64,000 bases of DNA from Patescibacteria group bacterium (GTDB taxonomy: Bacteria; Patescibacteriota; Minisyncoccia; Phycocordibacterales; PALSA-1337): assembly GCA_038065415.1 (NCBI GenBank), contig JBBTRA010000006.1:15262-79261 (forward strand). Direction: 5' to 3'. Numbering within the stretch: position 1 is the first letter of the stretch; the number at the start of each line of letters is the position of its first letter. Below, one piece after another: positions 1-8,719 of the stretch. A program made the translations under genes and the position numbers. The notes under the pieces were generated by a model. It ran no database searches. It was not told where the DNA came from and worked only from the letters and a program-made list of their open reading frames with translations.

Positions 1-255
1 ACGGTACGCGACACGCAAAGCATTGGGGAGAGAGCCATCGTTAGAAGACATGGCTCGCATATGGAACGGAGGACCAAAAGGCTGGAGGAAGCAAAGTACC
101 CTCGGGTATTGGTCCAAGGTTCAAAAAGCACTAGCAAAACGTCAATAAATCCCGCGCCGCCATCGAGCATCCTCGAGGCGGCGCTTTCCTATATCCGCAT
201 GCATAACGAAACACACCCCACGAGGGTGGAGTGTGTCATTTCAAATGGTTGATTT

Positions 256-1479
256 TTATTCAGCTTTTTTCTCCTCAGTCTTCTCTTCTTCTTTGACCTC
301 CTCTACCTTCTCAGCTTCTTTTGTTTCTGTAACTTCCTCTGTATCTTCATCTTCGTCATCAGCGCCGACGCCATCAGATTTGATATCTATTTTCCAGCCG
401 GTGAGCTTGGCGGCGAGACGGACGTTCTGACCACCCTTGCCGATAGCGAGCGATTGTTCGTCTTCGGTGACGGTGACGATGGCACGGTGATCGCGTTCAT
501 CGAGCTCGAGAGAAACGACTTCTGCAGGTGAGAGGGCTTCTTCGATGAAGAGTGCTGGGTCCTCATTCCATTCGATGATGTCTATCTTCTCACCAGAGAG
601 CTCGCTGGTGACCGTAGAGACACGGACGCCACGCTGGCCGACCATGGAGCCAATCGGATCGATATGCGCGTCATGAGAGACCACAGCGATCTTGGAGCGT
701 GAACCTGCTTCGCGAGCAATGGCCTTGATCTCGACCGTACCGGAAGCGATTTCTGGAGCTTCGGTTTCGAAGAGTTTGGCGAGGAACTTGGGATGAGAAC
801 GGGAGAGTTTGAGGACGATACCGCGAGGAGATTCCTCAACTGCATAGAGATATGCGCGGATACGATCGCCAGTCTTCCAGCGTTCGCTCGGGATCTGCTC
901 CTCGTAAGGAATGATACCGAGTGCGCGGCCCATGTTGACGTGAACCATGCCGCGCTCTACGCGCTCTACGGTACCGGCAACAATTTCACCTTCCTTAGCG
1001 CCATATTCACCCATGACGGAGACCTTCTCGGCTTCGCGAATCTTCTGGATGATGATCTGCTTTGCTGTCTGTGCAGCGATGCGGCCGAAGTCAGCTTTTG
1101 CTTCGAGAGGAAATACGAGTTCGTCACCGATTTCTGCATTTTTCTTGATTTTCTTGGCATCCTCGATGAGCATATGCTGCTCAGGGTTGAAGCGAATCTT
1201 GATATCGTCGACATTTGCTTCCTTGAGATCGATATCCTGTTCTTCGTCACCTTCCATGATGACTTGATCACGATCTACGACGACTTTGACCTGCCAGAAC
1301 TCGACGCTGCCTGTATTCTGATCGAATGAGGCGCGTACGATCTGACCCTTCTTGCCGTACTCTTTCTTGTAAGCGGTAGCGAGGGACATGGCGATAGCCT
1401 CCAAGGTTTTTTCCTTGGGGATTCCTCGCTCTTCCTCGAGCTGCTGAACGACTGAATTGATTACTTTAAGATCGAACAT
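256..1479 (-). CDS. nusA: Transcription termination/antitermination factor NusA with acidic Glu/Lys-rich C-terminal tail
   Basis: 407-aa ORF with S1 and KH-like stretches (GEIVAGTVERVERGMVHVNMG, IGSMVGQRGVRVSTVTSEL, LAIGKGGQNVRLAAKLTGWKIDI) typical of NusA; ATG start at 1479. Confidence 0.9.
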   Translation of the reverse strand: MFDLKVINSVVQQLEEERGIPKEKTLEAIAMSLATAYKKEYGKKGQIVRASFDQNTGSVEFWQVKVVVDRDQVIMEGDEEQDIDLKEANVDDIKIRFNPEQHMLIEDAKKIKKNAEIGDELVFPLEAKADFGRIAAQTAKQIIIQKIREAEKVSVMGEYGAKEGEIVAGTVERVERGMVHVNMGRALGIIPYEEQIPSERWKTGDRIRAYLYAVEESPRGIVLKLSRSHPKFLAKLFETEAPEIASGTVEIKAIAREAGSRSKIAVVSHDAHIDPIGSMVGQRGVRVSTVTSELSGEKIDIIEWNEDPALFIEEALSPAEVVSLELDERDHRAIVTVTEDEQSLAIGKGGQNVRLAAKLTGWKIDIKSDGVGADDEDEDTEEVTETKEAEKVEEVKEEEKTEEKKAE

Positions 1480-1844
1480 ATATGTAGTTATTATTTAGTT
1501 TTGATATTAAATTGTAGTTGCCATAAGGGCCTGTAGACCCCATCTAGCAAACGAGTCCGCCGGTGGGCGAACTGGTTACTTGAGTACTATACCATATTTG
1601 ACGGGGAATGCAAATCCTGCGCGGTCCTCGCCGTCCGTATATACAAGAAACCGGACCACCGTGCGAGACAGTGGTCCGGAAACCAAACCCAGTAGAGAAG
1701 AACAGGCGGCCATAGACCGTATGTTATCTGGCAGAGTTGATGGAATGTTCTTTGTCCATTTTGATAGAAGCAAAGCGGACGGAATGATACTTCGATTCGA
1801 TTCTAGCATACGATTCCTTTGGATGACAACAGGATTTTGGTGTA

Positions 1845-1877
1845 TTAAAAACCGCCCAACATGGATTTGTGGGGCGG
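1845..1877 (-). terminator. Rho-independent terminator downstream of the sigma-factor gene
   Basis: GC stem ccgccc(1852-1857)/gggcgg(1872-1877); A-run 1846-1850 gives the U-run on the minus-strand transcript. Confidence 0.5.
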
Positions 1878-1928
1878 CAAGCTCGTGAGGCGATTGTATT
1901 AGTGCGGCTATGTCAGGCGGTCGGGAGA

Positions 1929-2855
1929 CTATCCTTGCGAGTGTGTCTTGCGAGTGTGCCCATTTTTCCGGGGAATTCCCCACTCCTCCTGGTATCCGTT
2001 GACCTGATTTCTTTGGTGCATGAGCTTCTGGAGTTTTTCCAACGCTTGGTTTTGAATCTGACGGATGCGTTCGCGGGTCACTCCGAACTTTTTTGCGACG
2101 TCCTCGAGTGTCCTCTCAGTGCCATTGTTCAATCCGAAGCGATACTCAAGAATCTTCTGTTCGCGTTCGGAGATTTTCTTCAGTACTTCACGCAGCAGAT
2201 CCAAGTTCGAAGCGTTCTCTTCCGCGCAAGACGGGTCAACCGCGTATGGATCTGCTATATGCTCGGCAATGGTCACGTCAGTATCTTGTCCGACCGGAGC
2301 GTCGAGGGGTACAGGCGCAACAGAGTGTTGCTTCATGAGATCGAGTTTTTTCAGTGTGACTCCCATTTCGGCTGCAAGCTCTTCGTCCTCCGGTTCACGC
2401 CCAAGTGTCTCAGTCAAACGCATATGCACCCGGCGCATCGCCACGATCTTGTCGACCATGTGGATAGGGACACGAACCGTACGGGCATGGTTACCGAGAG
2501 CGCGTTTGATGCTCTGTTTGATCCACCATGAGCCATAGGTGGAGAACTTCGCACCGTAGTCAGGGTCGAACTTCTCGACCCCTTTCATGAGTCCGATATT
2601 TCCTTCATTGATAAGATCGAGCAGAGGAAGGCCGCAGCCTTGGTAGTCCTTGGCTATCTTCATGACCAATCGGAGATTGGCTTTGACCATATACATCCGT
2701 GCTCGCTCGTCGCCTTTTTGGACTAATTTGCCCAGCTGTATCTCCTGTTCTCGCGTGAGTAACGGAGTCTTGCTGGCTTCAGTCTGGTACATCAGGAGGA
2801 TATCTCTAGGGGCATGTTCAAGGTACTCATGCCCAGTATCGTCGAATTGAGACAT
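1929..2855 (-). CDS. rpoD: Primary-type sigma-70 family RNA polymerase sigma factor
   Basis: 308 aa; regions 2-4 recognisable (DLINEGNIGLMKGVEKFDP, STYGSWWIKQSIKRAL, TLEDVAKKFGVTRERIRQIQNQALEKL). Confidence 0.85.
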   Translation of the reverse strand: MSQFDDTGHEYLEHAPRDILLMYQTEASKTPLLTREQEIQLGKLVQKGDERARMYMVKANLRLVMKIAKDYQGCGLPLLDLINEGNIGLMKGVEKFDPDYGAKFSTYGSWWIKQSIKRALGNHARTVRVPIHMVDKIVAMRRVHMRLTETLGREPEDEELAAEMGVTLKKLDLMKQHSVAPVPLDAPVGQDTDVTIAEHIADPYAVDPSCAEENASNLDLLREVLKKISEREQKILEYRFGLNNGTERTLEDVAKKFGVTRERIRQIQNQALEKLQKLMHQRNQVNGYQEEWGIPRKNGHTRKTHSQG

Positions 2856-3017
2856 GGTAAACCTTTCGGTTACGGGTTATGTGAAATAACTAAAAAACCT
2901 TGTAAACAATACTCCCAACCCTGTTTTTGTCAATGAATTTGCCGAATAATGCATCGGCGGTGTGAGTAATAAAAAAACCGCTCACGGGAGGAGCGGTGTG
3001 TATGGCATGTTGATCGG

Positions 3018-4109
3018 TTAGTATTCGTGTTCAGCGATCACATACTTCTTCATTTTGTTGTACAGCGTTTGTCGGCCAATACCAAGGTGCTGTGCGCTTA
3101 CAAGCTTGTTGCCCCCGAATTGGTTCAGTGCTTGTACGATCAGGACTCTTTCCGCTGACTCCATGACGGTTAAGGGGATGATACGGTCGATTCCGCTGAT
3201 TGGTTGTCCAAACTGCGTATTCGGTCGAACTCTCAGACGGAGATCTTGTGGTTCGATCGTTCCGGTACCATTGGAGTAGCGTATGCCGCGCATGATGCAG
3301 TTACGCAGTTCGCGCACATTACCTGGCCAACAATGACTCTTGATGAGCTGTTCTGTTTCAGCGCTCAAGATTTTCTGGCGATTGGAGTACTGGTCGACGA
3401 AGTGGCTGGCCAAACGCACCAGGTCATCCACCCGCTCGCGCAAAGAGGGAACCTCGATGACGAACTGCTCGATGCGGAAGTATAGATCTTCTCGGAACAT
3501 GCCTTCATCGACCATCTTGTGAAGATCACGGTTGGTTGCTGTGATCAGGTTGAAGTCCGAATGAATTCTGGTACTGCCACCGACGCGCTGGAACTCGTGA
3601 TCTTGCAGAACACGGAGCAATCCCGCCTGCAAATGGAGAGGTAACTCTCCGATTTCATCGAGGAATACAGTACCTCCATCCGCAAGCTCAAAAGCACCTT
3701 TGCGCTGGAGGATTGATCCGGTGAATGCGCCCTTTTCATGCCCAAACAGTGCGCTTTGCATCAATTCGGGTGTCAGATTGGCGCAGTCAACTATCGATAG
3801 GTGAGCCCTCCCACGCTTTCCTCGCTGGTGCAGAGCTTTTGCTATGAGTTCTTTGCCGGTACCGTTCTCCCCCAGAATCAGCACAGCCTCGACATCAAGG
3901 GATTGGTCCAATTGACGAACCACTTCCTTCATTTTTGAATCACGGCACTCCCTGAGAAGTTCATACGGAGTAAGACCATGATCTATTTCTGGGAGATGTT
4001 GAGGCTCTTCTACGGGCGCTGGTTGAGGTGATGGTTGAAGTTCTGGCGGTGGGGCTGGCTTGGGAGGCGGCTCATGCATCCCCAGGCATATAAATGGTTT
4101 CTTCTCCAT
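3018..4109 (-). CDS. Sigma-54-dependent transcriptional activator (AAA+ plus Fis-type HTH) with no receiver domain and a Pro-rich N-terminus
   Basis: Walker A GENGTGKE, GAFTGS motif (ESALFGHEKGAFTGS), C-terminal HTH QHLGIGRQTLYNKMKKY. Likely start is ATG 4109, preceded by AAGGAGAG; the track ORF extends to a TTG at 4175. Confidence 0.8.
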   Translation of the reverse strand: MEKKPFICLGMHEPPPKPAPPPELQPSPQPAPVEEPQHLPEIDHGLTPYELLRECRDSKMKEVVRQLDQSLDVEAVLILGENGTGKELIAKALHQRGKRGRAHLSIVDCANLTPELMQSALFGHEKGAFTGSILQRKGAFELADGGTVFLDEIGELPLHLQAGLLRVLQDHEFQRVGGSTRIHSDFNLITATNRDLHKMVDEGMFREDLYFRIEQFVIEVPSLRERVDDLVRLASHFVDQYSNRQKILSAETEQLIKSHCWPGNVRELRNCIMRGIRYSNGTGTIEPQDLRLRVRPNTQFGQPISGIDRIIPLTVMESAERVLIVQALNQFGGNKLVSAQHLGIGRQTLYNKMKKYVIAEHEY

Positions 4110-4270
4110 AAGGCAGTCTCTCCTTGGTTGTGATTTTTCAAAACGTCTGGCAGTACTTTGCTCCTCAAATGACAAAATGTCAAGCCGCGATCTGGTGGTG
4201 TTGAATATATAAAAAATCCCACAACGTTTCCGTTGTGGGATTGGGACACACTGTTATGCCGAGGCAATGT

Positions 4271-5584
4271 TCAGGCGACCGGTTTTGTGGCCGCCCGAAT
4301 TTTCTGAACCAGCTGCGCATCCGTGATCGTCAGACGTCCTACTGCTGTGTAGACGCTCTCGATTGGGACGCCGAAGCCGTCAGCGACTTGTTCTGCTGCA
4401 ATGCCGGCCTCAATCAGTGCACAGATACACACATCTTGGGCGAGACCGGGATCTGCACCACTGGTTGCCGGTTTCGTGCTGCGATGGACAGCGGCCACGG
4501 GTTTCGTCGGCGCTGCTGTTGTCGTCGGCGTTGCGCCTGTGCCAGTAAACTTCTTTGCCCGTTCAACGATGTCTTCGGACAAGGCTTTGTACTTGCTTTT
4601 CTTCGCGAGGTCCTTGCCCTTGCCTGCGATCCCATATAGAGCGCCGGTGTTTTGGGCATCCGGGCTAAAGAGGGGAAGCAGCTGAGACACTGGCCTGATG
4701 CCGATGAGGTCCTTCAGCAGATGAACAGCTAGTTTCCGTCCATCAGCTTCGGGACCATTCCGTTCGCTGGGCTTGAGCAGACCCTCGACTGTGACATTCA
4801 GTCCAGTTGCGATCTGCAGGAGCGTCCAATCAATGAGGGGCTTCTGGCTTTCAGTCTTCTTCATAGGTGCTGTGTTCTTTCTCGTGCGCGGTGTTGTTTG
4901 TGTTGAGGATTCAGCGCTGCGCGGGGCGCTAGGTCTCACTGGTGCGATCGATCTTGGAGCCGCTGATGCTTCGGTTGTTGCCGGAGAAACAGGTCTTGCG
5001 ATAGGGGAGATGGCCGGTGCGGGCGATCTCGGTGGAACCACGGGCTCGACTTCCCCGGAAGCCGTTTCAATAGGCGCCGCGGCGGGGAGTACGGTTGTTC
5101 CGAGGATGTCGCTGAGCGTTGCCTCGTCCGCACTCTTTGTGATAGCGGGTCTCGGAGGCTCAGGTGAGCTGCTTGGTATCGGTATGGCTACTGCCGTCAT
5201 TTGAAGGCTCGTGTTAGCGATCGTGCACTCAACGGTTACCTCCAGAAGGTAGTTGCATTGAATGGTGAAGATCCGGTGTTCCGGGTCTCCATTAACGGAC
5301 GAGTCGCGGATGATGATCCCGTGGTCGAGCTTCAATCCACCAGCTCCGTCATCGAATATCAATTTTCCGCGGTGGCCAGACCCTTCGGCCCAGACCTTGA
5401 ATTTGATCTTTCCCACATGGACTTCCATGGGGACTGCGTGTTCGTTGAGCTCTTTTCCCGGTGTTCCCGGTTGTAAGTACCAATTTCTCAGTACTTTGTT
5501 CGCAGTGGTGTCGGGAGTTCCTCCACCCTGACTGCGTCCTTTGATACTGACCACATAGTAATCAGTAGTGGCGGTTCTTTCCAT
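4271..5584 (-). CDS. Hypothetical protein with a central Pro/Ala/Ser/Thr-rich low-complexity linker
   Basis: 437-aa ORF with ATG start. N-terminal ~120 aa contains DSSVNG, weakly PilZ-like. No confident family. Confidence 0.45.
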   Translation of the reverse strand: MERTATTDYYVVSIKGRSQGGGTPDTTANKVLRNWYLQPGTPGKELNEHAVPMEVHVGKIKFKVWAEGSGHRGKLIFDDGAGGLKLDHGIIIRDSSVNGDPEHRIFTIQCNYLLEVTVECTIANTSLQMTAVAIPIPSSSPEPPRPAITKSADEATLSDILGTTVLPAAAPIETASGEVEPVVPPRSPAPAISPIARPVSPATTEASAAPRSIAPVRPSAPRSAESSTQTTPRTRKNTAPMKKTESQKPLIDWTLLQIATGLNVTVEGLLKPSERNGPEADGRKLAVHLLKDLIGIRPVSQLLPLFSPDAQNTGALYGIAGKGKDLAKKSKYKALSEDIVERAKKFTGTGATPTTTAAPTKPVAAVHRSTKPATSGADPGLAQDVCICALIEAGIAAEQVADGFGVPIESVYTAVGRLTITDAQLVQKIRAATKPVA

Positions 5585-5745
5585 AGTTGGCCTTTCGTTG
5601 GTGAAACAGTGTGTGTCAAAAAACGACTTGTTCAGTCTCGAACATTACTTATTCAAATAGGTTTTGTCAATAGCACACACTCGGAGTCAAATAAGGGCTA
5701 TTCACCTACGCCAGAGCTGTGCCATCTGATATAATTGATCATAAT

Positions 5746-7494
5746 ATGCTCGTCGAAGATACCCAGCTGTACAAATTCATCCTGGACTCCGGACTCGTTT
5801 CCAAGGAGGACCTTGAAGATGCGCGCAAAGAGGCCGACAAGAAGGGAAAACGCCTCGGTGCTATTCTGGTAACCCAGGGCAAGATTACGGCCGACAATCT
5901 ACGCCGTATGGAGGCATACTGTCTCGGCATCCCTTTCGTTGATCTAAAGGGCAGGAAGATAGATTTTGATACACTCTCGCTCATTCCAGAGCCGATCGCT
6001 CGTGGACACAGCATTGTTGCTTTCAAGAAAACAGACAGCTCGCTCGAGGTCGCTATGCTCGATGTGAACGACCTTTCGGCTATCGATTTCATCAAGAAGA
6101 AGGTCAATCTCAAGATCCAGCCACGTCTCACTGATTCGGACTCTATCAAAGAAGTGCTGGTGCAGTATCAAAAGAGTCTCAAAGCAGAATTTGGAGATCT
6201 CATCCAGAAAGAGACGGCCACACTGAAGACTATCGCCGAAGATGCGGGAGACTCCACTTCCGAGGCAGACATGAAGAAGTTGGCAGAGGATCTGCCAGTT
6301 GTGCGCATCGTTGATACGCTCATCAAGCATGCTGCTATCCAAAATTCGTCCGATATCCATATAGAACCAATGGAGGATCAGGTGCTCGTCAGGTATCGTA
6401 TCGACGGTCTGCTTCACGATGCGATGGTTCTGCCGCGTCAGGCTGGACCATCCGTATCCGCTCGTATCAAAGTGCTCTCCAACCTTAAGCTCGATGAGAA
6501 GCGCCTTCCGCAGGATGGTCGTTTCAAAGTAGACATGAATGGGGAGAAAGTTTCATTCCGTGTCTCGATATTGCCGACCTATTATGGTGAGAAGATCGTG
6601 ATGCGTCTCCTCCGTGAGAGTATTTCCGGATTTACGCTGGAGTATCTCAATTTCCATGGGGAGGGACTTGAGCGCATCCACAAAGCTCTCAAGCAAACGA
6701 CGGGTCTCATCCTCACTACTGGTCCGACTGGTTCTGGTAAAACCACGACCCTCTATACAATGCTTGATCTCCTCAATCAGCCTGATGTGAATATTTCAAC
6801 CATTGAGGACCCGATCGAATACCAGATGGCGCGCATCAATCAAACTGCTGTACGTCCTGATATTGGTTTTACTTTTGCAAGTGGTATCCGTACACTCGTC
6901 CGTCAGGATCCGGATATCATCATGGTGGGAGAGATCCGCGACAATGAGACTGCGGCACTGGCCGTCAATGCAGCCCTCACGGGTCACCTCGTGCTCTCGA
7001 CGCTCCATACCAATAGCGCTGCAGGCGCCATGCCACGCCTTCTCGATATGGGAGTCGAATCATTCTTGTTGGTGTCTACTCTCAATATCGTGATCGGACA
7101 ACGTCTCGTCCGTCGCCTCACAGACACCAAACAGCAGTACAAGCTCACTAAGGACGAATTTGCAGAGCTGGAAAGGCTTGCAGATATGGATCGCGTGCTC
7201 GCTGCTCTCAAAGCAGACAAAGTGATCAAGCCGAGTGATACATGGAAAGACCTCCCATTCTGGAAGGCTACTCCACAAGGAGATGATGACGGCTTCAAGA
7301 CTCGTGTTGGTATCCATGAAATTCTCAAGATGAGTCCGAGTATCAAGGATCTTGTCATGAAAGGAGCTACCTCGGCGGAGATAGAGGTGCAGGCCAAGAA
7401 AGAGGGGATGCTCACAATGTTGGAGGATGGTATCTACAAGTGTGTGACAGGATTGACCACGATAGAGGAGGTGTTGAGGGTGGTGAGCGAGTAA
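5746..7494 (+). CDS. pilB: Type IV pilus assembly ATPase PilB (GspE family)
   Basis: N-terminal GspII_E_N-like domain, Walker A GPTGSGKTT, Asp/His boxes. ATG 5746 sits 10 nt after an extended -10 TGATATAAT (5727-5735); the track start 5719 is a GTG. Confidence 0.9.
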   Translation: MLVEDTQLYKFILDSGLVSKEDLEDARKEADKKGKRLGAILVTQGKITADNLRRMEAYCLGIPFVDLKGRKIDFDTLSLIPEPIARGHSIVAFKKTDSSLEVAMLDVNDLSAIDFIKKKVNLKIQPRLTDSDSIKEVLVQYQKSLKAEFGDLIQKETATLKTIAEDAGDSTSEADMKKLAEDLPVVRIVDTLIKHAAIQNSSDIHIEPMEDQVLVRYRIDGLLHDAMVLPRQAGPSVSARIKVLSNLKLDEKRLPQDGRFKVDMNGEKVSFRVSILPTYYGEKIVMRLLRESISGFTLEYLNFHGEGLERIHKALKQTTGLILTTGPTGSGKTTTLYTMLDLLNQPDVNISTIEDPIEYQMARINQTAVRPDIGFTFASGIRTLVRQDPDIIMVGEIRDNETAALAVNAALTGHLVLSTLHTNSAAGAMPRLLDMGVESFLLVSTLNIVIGQRLVRRLTDTKQQYKLTKDEFAELERLADMDRVLAALKADKVIKPSDTWKDLPFWKATPQGDDDGFKTRVGIHEILKMSPSIKDLVMKGATSAEIEVQAKKEGMLTMLEDGIYKCVTGLTTIEEVLRVVSE

Positions 7495-7499
7495 AAACA

Positions 7500-8717
7500 A
7501 TGTCCCACTTTATTTTCAAAGCAAAAAAGCCAACTGGCGAGATCTATTCTAGTGAGAAGGATGTCGCAGATCGCTACGAACTCTACAAGCTGATTCGCGA
7601 GAGTGGTGATGAGGTCGTTGAGGTCAAAGAAAAAGCCGCATCAAAAGGGGTGCATATGAACATATCGCTCAACATCTTCAAGCACGTCAAGACTATCGAG
7701 AAGATCAACTTTGCACGCAATCTGGGCTCAATGCTCGATGCGGGTCTTGCTCTGTCGCGTGCACTGTCGGTCATCGAGCGTCAGTCGCACAACAAGACAT
7801 TCAAAGGAATACTCACCGAGCTCATCGGAGAGATCAATCGTGGTGCAACATTCTCTGATGCCCTCGGAAAGCATCCCAAGGTTTTCTCTCCGTTGTTCGT
7901 GTCGATGGTCCATGCGGGCGAGCAGTCGGGAACACTCGCCGACTCACTCAAAGTTGTTGCGACCCAGATGGATAAGTCCTATGAACTCGAGCGCAAGGTC
8001 AGGGGGGCGCTCATATATCCGAGCGTTATCGTATTTGCTATGGTCATCATCGCTATTCTGATGTTCATCTTCGTTATACCAACTCTGATGAAGACATTCA
8101 CCGAACTCAATGTGCCGCTCCCAATTACGACACGCATCATTCTCGGTATCAGTAACGCATTTCAGAACTATGGACTCTTGGTGCTAGCGGGAGCTCTCCT
8201 TATCGGATTCGGATTTGTGTGGTGGGCAAAACAGAAGAGCGGCAAAAGGGTCATTCATGCGCTCATTTTGAAACTGCCTATCATCGGAGGTTTGGTCCAA
8301 GAGACTAACGCCGCCCGTACTGCCCGTACGATGGCTTCGCTTCTCAGCTCTGGTGTGGACGTAGTGGAATCCGTGAGTATCACCTCAGGTGTCGTACAAA
8401 ATGTGTATTTCAAAGATGTGCTCGACAAAGCGGGGGAAGCTATCAAAAAAGGGGAGCTCATGTCCAAGGTGTTCAATGATGCTACAAAATACTACCCAAT
8501 ATTCATGGCTGAGATGATGAGCGTCGGAGAAGAGACGGGTAAGACGGGTGAAATGCTTGCAGGAGTTGCGCGCTACTACGAGGATGATGTTGAACAGAAG
8601 ACTAAGGATATGTCGACGATCATTGAGCCGTTCCTCATGATTCTGATTGCAGCAGCAGTTGGTTTCTTTGCGGTCGCTATGATCTCCCCAATGTACTCGC
8701 TCGTGAATGTTATCTAA
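7500..8717 (+). CDS. pilC: Type IV pilus inner-membrane platform protein PilC (GspF family)
   Basis: Two GspF-like repeats and three TM segments; ATG at 7500 (MSHFIFKAKK) immediately after the pilB stop. Confidence 0.85.
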   Translation: MSHFIFKAKKPTGEIYSSEKDVADRYELYKLIRESGDEVVEVKEKAASKGVHMNISLNIFKHVKTIEKINFARNLGSMLDAGLALSRALSVIERQSHNKTFKGILTELIGEINRGATFSDALGKHPKVFSPLFVSMVHAGEQSGTLADSLKVVATQMDKSYELERKVRGALIYPSVIVFAMVIIAILMFIFVIPTLMKTFTELNVPLPITTRIILGISNAFQNYGLLVLAGALLIGFGFVWWAKQKSGKRVIHALILKLPIIGGLVQETNAARTARTMASLLSSGVDVVESVSITSGVVQNVYFKDVLDKAGEAIKKGELMSKVFNDATKYYPIFMAEMMSVGEETGKTGEMLAGVARYYEDDVEQKTKDMSTIIEPFLMILIAAAVGFFAVAMISPMYSLVNVI

Positions 8718-8719
8718 CT

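Noticed and set aside
582-1329. Track ORFs 582-845(-), 793-1329(+), 947-1267(+), 966-1271(-) inside nusA
   Set aside because: They are fully embedded in, or antisense to, the well-supported nusA reading frame, and have low-complexity or arbitrary translations.
1500-1850. SRP RNA, RNase P RNA or 6S RNA in the rpoD-nusA spacer
   Set aside because: A GGTCCGGAA segment superficially resembles SRP helix 8, but the surrounding pairing and tetraloop placement do not fit; the conserved RNase P motifs (AGGAAAGTCCGGGCTCC, ACAGAACCCGGCTTA) are absent.
1576-1983. ORFs 1576-1983(-) and 1580-1888(+) in the rpoD-nusA intergenic region
   Set aside because: They overlap each other on opposite strands, have no motifs, and run through the rpoD terminator hairpin; more likely a non-coding leader or structured region.
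5585-5745. Sigma-54 (-24/-12) promoter upstream of pilB, or upstream of pilins at 48102-48161
   Set aside because: No TGGCAC-N5-TTGC match was found; sigma-70-type extended -10 elements are present instead.
7440-7499. 5' extension of the pilC ORF that overlaps pilB
   Set aside because: ATG at 7500 (MSHFIF...), right after the pilB stop, is the plausible start.
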